Source of the DNA: Candidatus Bathyarchaeota archaeon
GTDB lineage: Archaea; Thermoproteota; Bathyarchaeia; Bathyarchaeales; Bathycorpusculaceae
NCBI GenBank assembly: GCA_963772455.1
Contig: CAVYXJ010000007.1
Coordinates: forward strand, 32,001-96,000
Direction: 5' to 3'
DNA: 64,000 bases
Shown here: positions 28,410 through 38,046 of the stretch, piece by piece
Layout: each line of letters begins with the position of its first letter
Numbering within the stretch: position 1 is the first letter of the stretch
The notes under the pieces: model-generated
What the model saw: the letters and a program-made list of their open reading frames with translations, nothing else
The model's database searches: none
Told to the model about the DNA's origin: nothing
Position numbers and translations under genes: made by a program

Positions 28410-28538
28410 ATAAGGGAGATCAATTTACGGTAATGTTGATTTATTGTTTATTAATAGGTTTTGCAAAAGCTGAATCTTGATTGAATAGATGAAAACAAAA
28501 AGTTTTTTGAAAAATATTATTTGGGCAAAACGCCCTAA

Positions 28539-29039
28539 TTACTTCTTTTCTTCTGGTTCTTGAAAGAGTTTCTTGATTGCACCGATTCTTGATTTCTGTG
28601 CCAAAACATCGCTAGTAACCACTGTAATGGCTTCTTCTGGACACCATTTGACACATTGTGGTCCATCTGCTTTATCTTTGCACATGTCACAAACATAGAC
28701 CACTTTAGTTTCTGGATGCAACATTATTGCACCGTAATCGCATGCTTCTATGCACCAGCCACAGCCATTACATTTGTCCTTGTCTAATACGATGTTTCCT
28801 GTGTCTTCTGATTGTTTAAGCGCATCTCGTGGACATGCTGCTACACAAGCTGGATCTTCACATAGACGACACGTAACAGCCATGTTAGCCAACTGGTTAA
28901 CCCGGACAACTCTAATGCGAGATTTAAGCGGATTAAAGGCTTTTTCCTTGGTAAATGAGCAAGCATACTCGCAGATTTGGCAACCGACACATTTTTCTGG
29001 ATCAGCAGAAACAAATTTTCTCTCATGCATCTTTACCAT
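28539..29039 (-). CDS. 4Fe-4S dicluster-domain protein (AOR electron-transfer partner)
   Basis: Four Cys clusters (CVGCQIC, CRLC...CP, CNGCGWC, CDMC...CP). Confidence 0.92.
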   Translation of the reverse strand: MVKMHERKFVSADPEKCVGCQICEYACSFTKEKAFNPLKSRIRVVRVNQLANMAVTCRLCEDPACVAACPRDALKQSEDTGNIVLDKDKCNGCGWCIEACDYGAIMLHPETKVVYVCDMCKDKADGPQCVKWCPEEAITVVTSDVLAQKSRIGAIKKLFQEPEEKK

Positions 29040-29041
29040 TT

Positions 29042-30898
29042 CTATGCCTCTTTTCCTTCTATAATATTTGAAAAATCTTCTAAGCCAAGTTCTTGTAGCT
29101 TAGCTTTAGTGGGTATACCTTCAACATTCCAGCCGCGAGCTTGATAATAATCATCGAGCAACAGGTCAAGTTCCTCTTGTGTTACAACTGAGCCTTTTGC
29201 AGGTCCCTCGTCTGTAATAGGTTGATTGATTACTTTCCATGGGAGAATATCGTCTTTACGGCTTTTGCCTTCGCGGACATTTATGAGTTTGGCAAGAGTG
29301 TTTATTCGTTCTCCTGCAACATTGAGTTCTTCAGGAGTCATCTCATAGCCTGTCACTAAGTTGTAGAGTTTTGACATATCTGCGAGTTCCTTGTAAAGTG
29401 TTCCTTTGGCGTTCTTGCAGATAATTAGTGAATCAATCAATGCGTAAATGTCCTCTGCGTCTTTTACGAGTTTGCCGCGACCTTTTTCAACTTTCAAGCG
29501 GTCAACTTTGCCTTTCAAATCTATGGTATAAGCACCGCTGCGATTATGGTCTGCTCCACGGAATGAAACTGCAGAGCCTAGAGCAGCAGTTTTGAGACAT
29601 CTCAAATCGTATCCTGTCACTTCCAAACCTTTAATATGCATGGCAAGCCGACTTGAGTTTCTGCCTATCTTTTCTGCAGCTACTTTTACGCCGTCAGCGA
29701 GCATGTCTCCAATACCTTCGCGTTTACCGATTTTTTCAATAAGGTTGATTAATGCATCTGCGTTGCCGAAGTGAGCGTCTAATCCACCAAGGTCTTCGTG
29801 GGTCAATATTCCTTTTTCATGGCAGTCCATTACGAAACTGACAGTTACTCCTGCGCTTGTTGCGTCAAGTCCATAGAAATTGCAGAGTTCAGCTGCTTTG
29901 ATTATTGCATCTAGTTTGTCTACGCCGCAGTTAGGTCCTAGCGCCCAAATATTATCGTATTCCATTCGCGTCATTGTGCCTTTGTATGGTCCTTCACGGA
30001 TAACTGCTTCATGTTCGCATCTCATAGCGCAAGAGTTACAGGCGATTATTTTCGAAATGTAACGCTCATTTAAAGTCTCTGCGCTGACTTTTTCAGCGTT
30101 CTCGAAATGTGCGTTATTGAAGTTGCGTGTCGGCAAACAGAAAAGTGCGTTTTGAATCATTATGTTTTCGGATGTACCAAGAGTGCGGTATTTTTGTGCT
30201 GCTGGCCCTTTCATGCGTTCATGAAATTCTTTAACCATATTCATGAATTCGTCTGGTTTCGCAACAACTATGTCATGGGTGCCCCTTACTGCGATGGCTT
30301 TAAGGTTTTTGCTTCCCATTACAGCGCCAAGACCTGTTCTACCTGCTGCTCTGGTTTTCTCGTTTATAATACATGCGATTTTAGATAATTTTTCGCCTGC
30401 TAAACCAATAGATGCTACGCGAACATAAAAGTCACCGATTTCATTCTTTATGGCATCTTCAGTTTCGCCTGGTGACTTACCCCAAATTTGGGATGCATCA
30501 AGTAACTGGATTGATTCATCGTCAATCCAAAGGTAAACTGGTTTCTCTGCTTTGCCCATTAAAACTACCGCGTCGTATCCTGCACGTTTTAGTTCGGCTC
30601 CAAAAGTACCGTGGCTTACGGCTTCTCCGACACCATTTGTTTCAGGTGATTTAGATATGAATGTATGTCCGTTTCCACCTGTTGGAAACATTGTTCCTGA
30701 AACTGGTCCGTCAGCAAGGATGAGGGGGTTTTCAGAGGTAAGTGGGTCAACACCTGCTTTTGAGTTAGACAGATAAAGTTTCATTCCAAGACCGATGCCA
30801 CCTATGTATTTTTTGGCATCTTCTTCGCTCAGTTTTTCTGTGCGAGTTTTGCCTGTGGCTAAATCAACATATAAGATTGTTCCCGAGTAACCTAGCAA
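29042..30898 (-). CDS. aor: Tungsten-type aldehyde:ferredoxin oxidoreductase family protein
   Basis: YIGGIG, GRTGLGAVMGSKNLKAI, CNSCAMRC, DSLIIC, YYQARGW; TTG start after GGAGG. Confidence 0.93.
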   Translation of the reverse strand: MLGYSGTILYVDLATGKTRTEKLSEEDAKKYIGGIGLGMKLYLSNSKAGVDPLTSENPLILADGPVSGTMFPTGGNGHTFISKSPETNGVGEAVSHGTFGAELKRAGYDAVVLMGKAEKPVYLWIDDESIQLLDASQIWGKSPGETEDAIKNEIGDFYVRVASIGLAGEKLSKIACIINEKTRAAGRTGLGAVMGSKNLKAIAVRGTHDIVVAKPDEFMNMVKEFHERMKGPAAQKYRTLGTSENIMIQNALFCLPTRNFNNAHFENAEKVSAETLNERYISKIIACNSCAMRCEHEAVIREGPYKGTMTRMEYDNIWALGPNCGVDKLDAIIKAAELCNFYGLDATSAGVTVSFVMDCHEKGILTHEDLGGLDAHFGNADALINLIEKIGKREGIGDMLADGVKVAAEKIGRNSSRLAMHIKGLEVTGYDLRCLKTAALGSAVSFRGADHNRSGAYTIDLKGKVDRLKVEKGRGKLVKDAEDIYALIDSLIICKNAKGTLYKELADMSKLYNLVTGYEMTPEELNVAGERINTLAKLINVREGKSRKDDILPWKVINQPITDEGPAKGSVVTQEELDLLLDDYYQARGWNVEGIPTKAKLQELGLEDFSNIIEGKEA

Positions 30899-30941
30899 CC
30901 TTGTTCCTCCAAGAGTTGAAATATTTAGTGCTGTTGAACAA

Positions 30942-30959
30942 TATATTAAGTTAATGGGT
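30942..30959 (-). promoter_or_regulatory. BRE/TATA promoter of the first aor, identical to that of the second
   Basis: ACCCATTAACTTAATATA on the minus strand, about 45-60 nt upstream of the start; exact copy at 34327-34344. Confidence 0.65.
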
Positions 30960-31122
30960 TCTCAGTTTGTTTTTCGACGGGTCTCAAAGCAATTGTGACG
31001 CCGTCATGCACAACCTAACACATCGTTAATGCGGTGTTTTCTAAGGCAAAAATCCGTTTAAACTTAGAAAAGAAATATCAGAACGTAAACACAATCACTA
31101 AATCCGGAGTAGAATCAAAGAC

Positions 31123-31410
31123 ATGCAAATTAAAGTCCACTACATCGGCTTAATAAAATCCTTCACAAACACAAGCCAAGACGAATTCGAGCTATCAAAT
31201 GGTTCTCTACTTTCGGAACTGCTTGACAAAATCGCCCAAGACTTCGGCAAACAATTCATACAAGAAGTCTACGATCCAATCAAGAAGGAGATGAAAGCTT
31301 CTTTTGTTGTGATGGTCAACGGCGTTTTAATGGACCAACTTGAAGGCATAAACACCCCCCTCAAAGACCGCGACAACATCATTTTAATGTCGCTCGTGAC
31401 GGGCGGCTAA
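31123..31410 (+). CDS. MoaD/ThiS/SAMP ubiquitin-like sulfur carrier
   Basis: Beta-grasp pattern, VMVNG, C-terminal VTGG. Confidence 0.9.
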   Translation: MQIKVHYIGLIKSFTNTSQDEFELSNGSLLSELLDKIAQDFGKQFIQEVYDPIKKEMKASFVVMVNGVLMDQLEGINTPLKDRDNIILMSLVTGG

Positions 31411-31459
31411 ATTGCCAAGCATACAACTTAAAAGCGCACACAAGCATATTTTTCGATAG

Positions 31460-31786
31460 ATGAAAATAACACACAAAAGCAAATGGCTCTTTTATTCAGG
31501 GTTCTTCACAATCATCTATGGCTTTTTTATTATTCTAGCATTACTTCTTCGGATTAATTGGTTGAGTCCTATTCTGGTTCTTCTTTTTGCTTCCGGTATT
31601 GCGATACCAATTTACTTTAGACATCATTATCGGCGCTCAAACAAAGCAGAAAAAAACAGGATGATTAACCAAAAAGCCCTCAACAGCTACTATTACAACC
31701 GGTGGTACACCCCAGCTGACTCAACTGAACTAGATTATCAAATTGAAAAAATCAAGAAAAGAAGAAGCCAATTAAGTAAGCTCTAA
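31460..31786 (+). CDS. Hypothetical membrane protein
   Basis: Two N-terminal hydrophobic helices and a basic tail. Confidence 0.55.
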   Translation: MKITHKSKWLFYSGFFTIIYGFFIILALLLRINWLSPILVLLFASGIAIPIYFRHHYRRSNKAEKNRMINQKALNSYYYNRWYTPADSTELDYQIEKIKKRRSQLSKL

Positions 31787-31790
31787 TCAG

Positions 31791-31847
31791 AAAATCAAAA
31801 TACAAAGAAATAAAAATTAGCGCAAAAAGCGCATTTTGATTTTTGCG
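31791..31847. terminator. Inverted repeat between convergent genes (probable terminator)
   Basis: AAAATCAAAAT...ATTTTGATTTT, with an alternative CGCAAAAA...TTTTTGCG pairing. Confidence 0.35.
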
Positions 31848-31850
31848 TGT

Positions 31851-32366
31851 TTATTTTGTTTTATTGGCTTCTGCTTCTACTGATTGAAATAGATTCTTAA
31901 CTGCTTTCTGTCTATACTTCTGAGCTAATGTCTCTGCGCTAACGAATGTTAAGGCTTCTTCAGGGCACCATTTGACGCATTGAGGTTCTTTGGTTTCGTT
32001 GTCAGTGCAACTGTTGCAAGTGAATACGATTTTCTTATCTGGATGCATGTTCATGGCGCCGAATTGGCATGCACTGATACACCATCCACATCCGTTGCAG
32101 GCGTTTTCGTCCACGCGGATTATGCCGCTGTCACATTCCTGTTTTAGGGCATCTCTTGGGCAAGCTGCAACGCAAGACGGGTCTTCACAGTGTCTACACG
32201 TTACTGCAAGGTTGACTAGTGGTCCAAGGCGCATTGCACGTATACGTGATTTGTTTGGGTTGAAGGTGTTTTCGTTAACCATGCTGCAGGCGTATTCGCA
32301 GACTAAGCAACCGATGCATTTGTCTGGATCTGCAGTTACGAATTTTCTGTCTTGGGGTCGCACCAT
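31851..32366 (-). CDS. 4Fe-4S dicluster-domain protein (AOR partner, paralogue of 28539-29039)
   Basis: Same four Cys clusters; RKFV.ADP.KC...KSRIR...CVKWCPEEA is shared with the paralogue. Confidence 0.92.
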   Translation of the reverse strand: MVRPQDRKFVTADPDKCIGCLVCEYACSMVNENTFNPNKSRIRAMRLGPLVNLAVTCRHCEDPSCVAACPRDALKQECDSGIIRVDENACNGCGWCISACQFGAMNMHPDKKIVFTCNSCTDNETKEPQCVKWCPEEALTFVSAETLAQKYRQKAVKNLFQSVEAEANKTK

Positions 32367-32367
32367 T

Positions 32368-34281
32368 TTAGTTACCTCCTACTGTTGCTTTTGGAGCTGC
32401 AGGTTTGGCTTCTTTAGCGGCTTTCATTGCATTTTCAGCAATGTAAGCTAAGTCACCGAGCCCTAACTGTTGTAAGCGTTCAACCGTTGGAATGCCGTCC
32501 GCAGTCCAACCTCGTGAAGCGTAATAGTCATCTAAACCAATTGCCATTTCTTCGTCATTGACACAAACGCCTTTGGCTGGTCCCTCGTCTGGTACTGGGA
32601 AATTCTTTATTTTGTATGGAACGTCGTCGAATTTGCGTGTGCCTTTTCCTTCTCGTATGTTGAAGAGGCGTGCTAGGTTTTCGATTCTGTCTCCGTCTGC
32701 AGTCATTTCTTCGGTTGTGATTGGGATTCCTGTGGCTAAGGTGTAATAGTTTGCAAGGTCTTTCCAACCGTCGTAGTATGTGCCTCTGCTAAATTTGCAA
32801 ACGATAAGTGAGTCAATGATGTTGTACATGTGGCTCTCGTCAGTAATCATTTTGCCTCTGCCTTTCTCGATTTTAAATCGGTTTACTTTACCTTTAACAT
32901 CCGGTGAGTAAGCTCCGTTTCTGAGGTGGCATGCGCCACGGAATGATACTGAGAAGCCTAACGCTGCTGTCTTCAGAGTTCTTAGGTCATATCCTGGAAG
33001 TTCTAATCCTTTGATGTGGCAAGCGTATTTGTAAGCATCTCCGCCGATTAATTCAGCTGCTTTCTCAACTCCTTCTGCAAGAATGTTGCCAAGCCAACCT
33101 TCACGTTTGCCAATCTTGTGAATAATCGCGATTAATGCTTCTGCGTTGCCGAATTTGAGGTCGATTCCGTCGGTTTGTTCTTTGGTGATTATACCGTGTT
33201 CATAGAGATCCATCGCAAAAGCAACTACGACGCCAATTGAGATGCCGTCCATGCCGTATTCGTTGACAATACGCATTGCTTCGATAATTGCGTCTAAACG
33301 GTCAACGCCACATAGTGGTCCCATGCTCCAGAGGCATTCGAATTCTAGTCTTGAAGTTGATCCTTTGTATGGTCCTTCAGGGACAACGGCAATGTGGTCG
33401 CAACGCATACCGCAAGTTGCACATCCCACAATTTTCTTAACATAGTGCTCATTTAGGTATTCGCCGCTGACTTTGTTAGCGCCTTCAAAAGTTGCGTTCG
33501 TCCAGTTTCTTGTAGCTAAAGCTGAAAGCGAGTTCAGGACGAGAACGTTTTCGGGTGTGCCCAAGGTTTTGTATTTCTTGGTTGCTGGACCCTTCATTCG
33601 TTCATGAATCATTTTGATATATTCTTTGAAGCCTTCCATGTTGGCTACGTTAACGTCTTTTGTTCCCCTTACGGCCACTGCCTTAAGGTTTTTGCTGCCC
33701 ATGACTGCGCCCATGCCTGTGCGTCCAATGGCGCGAAACTCATCATTAATAATGGCTGCAAACCTGCAGAGTTTTTCTCCTGCTTCACCAATTGCTGACA
33801 CACGAATATAGAAGTCTCCAAGTTCATCTCGGATTTTATTATCGGTATCGCCAACAGTGGCGTTCTTTAGGAACTCACCATTTCGGATTTCGACCTTGTC
33901 ATCGTCAATCCAAAGGTAAGACAATTTGGGTGCTTTACCAGTAATTACTACAGCGTCGTATCCTGCGCGCTTTAAGTCTGGACCGAAAAACCCATGTGCT
34001 TTGGCTTCACCAACACCGCCAGTGGCAGGTGATTTGGAAACAACAGCATAGCCGTTTCCAGCTGTTGGACCCATGGTCCCGCTAAGTGGACCAGTACAAT
34101 AAATAATCGGGTTGTCTGGATGAAATGCGTCGGTGCCTGGTTTTGAATTATCCATAAGCAAGCGTATGCCTAGACCTATACCGCCGATGTAGCTTTTAGC
34201 CATCTGTTCATTTAATGGCTCTGTTTTTGTTTCCCCTGTTGTGAGGTTAACATGTAAAATTTTTCCTGCGTAAGAGAACAT
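32368..34281 (-). CDS. aor: Tungsten-type aldehyde:ferredoxin oxidoreductase family protein
   Basis: GRTGMGAVMGSKNLKAV, CATCGMRC, GACHL, DSLIVC. Start is ATG 34281 after GAGGG; the ORF track gives 34296. Confidence 0.94.
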   Translation of the reverse strand: MFSYAGKILHVNLTTGETKTEPLNEQMAKSYIGGIGLGIRLLMDNSKPGTDAFHPDNPIIYCTGPLSGTMGPTAGNGYAVVSKSPATGGVGEAKAHGFFGPDLKRAGYDAVVITGKAPKLSYLWIDDDKVEIRNGEFLKNATVGDTDNKIRDELGDFYIRVSAIGEAGEKLCRFAAIINDEFRAIGRTGMGAVMGSKNLKAVAVRGTKDVNVANMEGFKEYIKMIHERMKGPATKKYKTLGTPENVLVLNSLSALATRNWTNATFEGANKVSGEYLNEHYVKKIVGCATCGMRCDHIAVVPEGPYKGSTSRLEFECLWSMGPLCGVDRLDAIIEAMRIVNEYGMDGISIGVVVAFAMDLYEHGIITKEQTDGIDLKFGNAEALIAIIHKIGKREGWLGNILAEGVEKAAELIGGDAYKYACHIKGLELPGYDLRTLKTAALGFSVSFRGACHLRNGAYSPDVKGKVNRFKIEKGRGKMITDESHMYNIIDSLIVCKFSRGTYYDGWKDLANYYTLATGIPITTEEMTADGDRIENLARLFNIREGKGTRKFDDVPYKIKNFPVPDEGPAKGVCVNDEEMAIGLDDYYASRGWTADGIPTVERLQQLGLGDLAYIAENAMKAAKEAKPAAPKATVGGN

Positions 34282-34326
34282 GCTTTTTTCCCTCAAATCT
34301 CGGTAAGTTAGAAGGCTAGTAAAAAC

Positions 34327-34344
34327 TATATTAAGTTAATGGGT
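34327..34344 (-). promoter_or_regulatory. BRE/TATA promoter of the second aor
   Basis: Exact 18-bp match to 30942-30959 at an equivalent distance from the start codon. Confidence 0.65.
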
Positions 34345-34475
34345 AATGGGTTTAGAAAGACACGACTATATACGATTTGTTTTGTTTTACACAACGCAAA
34401 AAACGATAATAAAAAATCGCAGAAGCGAAAACTTAAACCAATCCAAAACCAATCCCTTCCAAGAAGGCGGAAAGA

Positions 34476-35528
34476 TTGAATCGAACCAACGCCCTAAAAC
34501 AAGAAGCAGCAAAACAGGGCAAACCATTGAACTTTTTAATTTTCAACCCAACCAACATACTCTACTTCTCTAATTTTTCAGGAGCAACAGCACTGCTAAT
34601 CCCAGAAAAAGGCGAGAACATTCTTTACGTATCAGGAGTAAACTATGAACAAGCCAAAGAAGAAGTCAAAGGCTTAAATGTTGAACTTTTAAACCGAGGA
34701 GAGAACTTATTTGAGAAAATCGCTCGACGAATACCAAGTCAAAAATTATCAGTTGACACACATCAGATAGAAAGTTGGCGTACCCTTGCAAAAGCAGTCG
34801 GCGGAGAGGAAAAACTCGAATCAGCAAACACCCTCATACGGGATTTGCGCATAATCAAAGATGAAAAAGAAATCGAGTTAATTAGACAAGCATGCAAACT
34901 AGCAGACATCGGTATTAAAACAGCTGCTGAGACCATTCGTCCAGGCATAAAAGAGAAGGAAGTAGCAGCTGAAATCGAATATGCAATGCGTATGGCAGGT
35001 TCAGACGGTGTGGCTTTTGATACAATCGTTGCTTCTGGGTACTGCTGTGCATATCCTCATGGCACTTTTTTAGAAAAGATTATTCAGGAAGACGATTTGG
35101 TGGTAGTTGATTTAGGTGCAATCTATAAGAACTACCGATCTGACATCACTCGAACATTCACGGCAGGTAGAGCTTCAGAGAAACAAACAAGAATTTACCA
35201 AACCGTAAAGTTGGCGCAGCAAAAAGCCTATGAAGCCACCAAACAGGGCGTTTTAGCTAGCGAAGTTGATTTGGCAGCTAGAAGAGTGATTGAGGAAGCG
35301 GGGTTTGGAGAGTTCTTTGTTCATAACCTGGGACACGGCGTTGGGTTGGAGATCCATGAAGCGCCCATTTTGAGTCCAGACAGCAAAGACATCTTAGAAA
35401 TGGGCAATGTTGTTACTATTGAACCTGGAATTTACGTGCCGGGCTTTGGTGGGGTACGAATCGAAGACACTGTGCTGATCACGCGGGGTGTGGCAGAGAA
35501 ATTAACGGTTGCTCCCATCTTACCTTAA
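34476..35528 (+). CDS. Xaa-Pro aminopeptidase/prolidase (M24B)
   Basis: DLG...SDITRT, HNLGHGVGLEIHE, TIEPGIY, GVRIED. Confidence 0.94.
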   Translation: MNRTNALKQEAAKQGKPLNFLIFNPTNILYFSNFSGATALLIPEKGENILYVSGVNYEQAKEEVKGLNVELLNRGENLFEKIARRIPSQKLSVDTHQIESWRTLAKAVGGEEKLESANTLIRDLRIIKDEKEIELIRQACKLADIGIKTAAETIRPGIKEKEVAAEIEYAMRMAGSDGVAFDTIVASGYCCAYPHGTFLEKIIQEDDLVVVDLGAIYKNYRSDITRTFTAGRASEKQTRIYQTVKLAQQKAYEATKQGVLASEVDLAARRVIEEAGFGEFFVHNLGHGVGLEIHEAPILSPDSKDILEMGNVVTIEPGIYVPGFGGVRIEDTVLITRGVAEKLTVAPILP

Positions 35529-35687
35529 CATAAAATTCTTTAGAGGTATCAAATCGTAATCGTCAAAGACGGCATAGAAGCATTCACAACTGTCTACCAA
35601 GAAAGGACTAAAATATTTAGAAAAAGTGTATAGTGCTAAAATTAATGTTAGTAAACAATATAATCCAAGAAATTGTGAAATAATATC

Positions 35688-35897
35688 TTATCTCGAGCCT
35701 TTCTGGCTGCTTTCAGCAATGGCTGCCCCTATAAGTACTCCTATTCCTAAAGCAATAGATGCCAGGGCAAAAGACTCATGGTGAATATCTTCTATCTGGA
35801 ACCAAACTCCAAAAGTTACCTTTTGTTGAAACTGAATCAAAAAGGCCAATACAAAAAATACGATAGCAACAAGAATCGGAACCCAACGATTACTCAC
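35688..35897 (-). CDS. Small membrane protein
   Basis: Two hydrophobic helices around DIHHE; GGTGA SD before the GTG. Confidence 0.6.
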   Translation of the reverse strand: MSNRWVPILVAIVFFVLAFLIQFQQKVTFGVWFQIEDIHHESFALASIALGIGVLIGAAIAESSQKGSR

Positions 35898-35985
35898 TTA
35901 AAATCACCAAACGATAACACACAATCAAGATTTTAAACTTAATTGAATCCAAAAAATATTTTTAACTAAAATAGACTTTTTATAA

Positions 35986-36633
35986 ATGATGAATAGTTTG
36001 ATTAATAATATATTTGCGCAAACTCGGCAACAAAGAAATTACAAAAGCCCAACTGTTCCATATTGTTGAATCGAATTTTGGAATAGTTCCAGAACTGTTA
36101 AGGGGTACTGACTCTCCCAAAGCAACAGTTAGATATGGATGTGGAAAGGTGCTCATTGATCTAAGCGACAAGTATCCAGACATGCTTTATCCATAAATGA
36201 ATAGCTTCATTGAGCTTCTAGATAGTGAACACAGAATTCTAAAGTGGAATGCTATGGCAATAATTTGCAAATCTAACGAAAGTTGACGTAGACCTTAAGT
36301 TTGATGCAAATTTCTACAAATACTACGGCTTTCTTAGTAATGACTACATGGTTACCGTAGCCAATATAGTGAAAAACTCGGCAAAAATTGCGATTGAAAA
36401 GCCCCACCTTATCAAAAAATAATAAATGAACTGCTGAAGGTCCAAAATCTAAAATTGACACCACACCTAACTGAAGAATGTAAACTATTCATAACTGAAC
36501 AAACACTCAAAGCATTCAACATAGTCTTGACCAAGTCGAAGCTAAAAATAAAGTATTAGCCTTCGCTCAAAAACAAATTAACAGTTCAAGAGTGACTTTA
36601 AGAGAAGAAGCACAAAAAATAATAAAAAATTAA
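35986..36633 (+). pseudogene. Degraded HEAT/ARM-repeat-like gene
   Basis: Contiguous protein-like fragments (VRYGCGKVL..LS.KYP.MLYP*MNSFIELLDS..RILKWNA / VTVANIV..SAKIA..KPHL..*INELLKV) are broken by in-frame stops and frameshifts. Confidence 0.65.
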
Positions 36634-36715
36634 AATTAACTGATTGAACCAAGTAAAATAGTCGTCTTTCCAGCCTTTACAAGATTAATTCAATATCGAA
36701 AAGTGTGTGGATGGT

Positions 36716-36793
36716 TGGTGGGCCCGGGGCGATTTGAACACCCGGTCAACAGATTATGAGTCTGGCGCTCTAGCCGGACTGAGCTACGGGCCC
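36716..36793 (-). tRNA. tRNA with CAT anticodon, most likely tRNA-Ile2 (agmatidine-modified); CCA encoded
   Basis: GGGCCCGTAGCTCAG...CCAGA-CT-CAT-AA-TCTGT...GGGTG-TTCAAAT-CGCCC-CGGGCCC-A-CCA. The GGGCCCG acceptor stem is typical of archaeal Ile rather than Met. Confidence 0.88.
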
Positions 36794-36887
36794 ACTTTAC
36801 TATTCTCTAATATTGCTGTTCCAGTACAGATTTAAACATTTTCCGATTTCCATTCTTCAATTTACCGATAACTTAAAATCTTTTAGG

Positions 36888-37142
36888 TTAGGGGTTGCCA
36901 AACCATTTCTCATACCATGCGTTGAACATTGAAAGGCAGTCTTTTTGCCATGCTTGTTCGCCTTCGTCTTTGCGTAGGCAGTTGACGAGTTCCAAGTTAT
37001 GGACAATTTCTGCTTTTGCCTCCTTTATCGCCGCGTCAATGTCATCGAGCATGTCGTTGCCACCTGTAGAATATTCATTGGTAGTTTGTCTTAGGAACAC
37101 TCGTTTATGTTTGATTAATTCTTGAATTTTGCCCTCACTCAT
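36888..37142 (-). CDS. Hypothetical protein
   Basis: ATG 37142 avoids overlap with ogg1; helical composition ending WYEKWFG. Confidence 0.55.
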   Translation of the reverse strand: MSEGKIQELIKHKRVFLRQTTNEYSTGGNDMLDDIDAAIKEAKAEIVHNLELVNCLRKDEGEQAWQKDCLSMFNAWYEKWFGNP

Positions 37143-37179
37143 TGTGCACACCATTAGGGAAGTGCTGTTAGTCGCAATT

Positions 37180-38040
37180 TTAACGTTGTGTTCGCTCAAA
37201 ATGGAAGAGATATTCTTGAGCGTAGCCAGCGTACTGTCCAAAGTAGGACCTTGCGAATTCGCTGATCTTTTGGTATTCGAAGTTGGTTAAGGAGTTGTGA
37301 CTCTGCATTTTTTTGACTATTTCGGCAGGTAGTTGGTTAGCATAATGATTTAGAATAACGCGTTTTATCCAAACGTCCACGGGAAAAGCCTCCATTTTTT
37401 CAAGCGAAAAAAGCAGAACACAATCAGCCACTTTCAAGCCAACCCCAGAGAACTCTATAAGCGCTTTTCTAGCTTCTAAATAGGGTAAAGCCTTCAAATC
37501 TTCAAGATTAAAGGATTCATCGAGGATCTTTTTAGCTGTTTTTCGCACGTACTTAGCCCTATAGCCTAAACCGCATTCAAGCAGACCTTCCTCACTAGCC
37601 TTCGTCAATCGTTCAATAGTTGGAAAAGTATAAAACTCCAAACCATCGAAAAACTTTTTTTCACCATACTTCATTGAGAGTTTCTTAAGCATTAATTCGA
37701 TAGCAGCAATGCTCTTGTAGGTAGCACAAATAAAGCTGATAAGGCATTCCCAAGGCAGTTGCCTTACAATCCGAAGCCCTTCAAACCTTTGCAGAGCGTT
37801 TCGAACATAATCGTCTTTGCCAACACAACTTTTTATTTCATTTAAATTATCGTTTAGCCCAAAATATTTTTGCACAAATTCCCTTTGGACATTCTCAAAC
37901 TCTAACTGCGCACCGCATTGGCGTATCTTAACAACTTGTTCGCCGACGACGCCATACCACCAACCATTAATCTTCCCCCATCTAAAAACCTGACCGCAAC
38001 AAAGCGAAAAATCCAAATCAAATGCAACATCAAGCCGCAA
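37180..38040 (-). CDS. ogg1: 8-oxoguanine DNA glycosylase, OGG1-type HhH-GPD
   Basis: CGQVFRW N-terminal domain, WECLISFI, GLGYRA, GVGLKVADC (catalytic Lys), FPVDVW, AGYAQEYLF. Confidence 0.9.
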   Translation of the reverse strand: MRLDVAFDLDFSLCCGQVFRWGKINGWWYGVVGEQVVKIRQCGAQLEFENVQREFVQKYFGLNDNLNEIKSCVGKDDYVRNALQRFEGLRIVRQLPWECLISFICATYKSIAAIELMLKKLSMKYGEKKFFDGLEFYTFPTIERLTKASEEGLLECGLGYRAKYVRKTAKKILDESFNLEDLKALPYLEARKALIEFSGVGLKVADCVLLFSLEKMEAFPVDVWIKRVILNHYANQLPAEIVKKMQSHNSLTNFEYQKISEFARSYFGQYAGYAQEYLFHFERTQR

Positions 38041-38046
38041 TTCACA

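Noticed and set aside
36716-36793. tRNA-Met assignment for the CAT tRNA
   Set aside because: It lacks the initiator A1-U72 pair and GGG/CCC anticodon stem, and the acceptor stem is Ile-like; elongator Met is not fully excluded.
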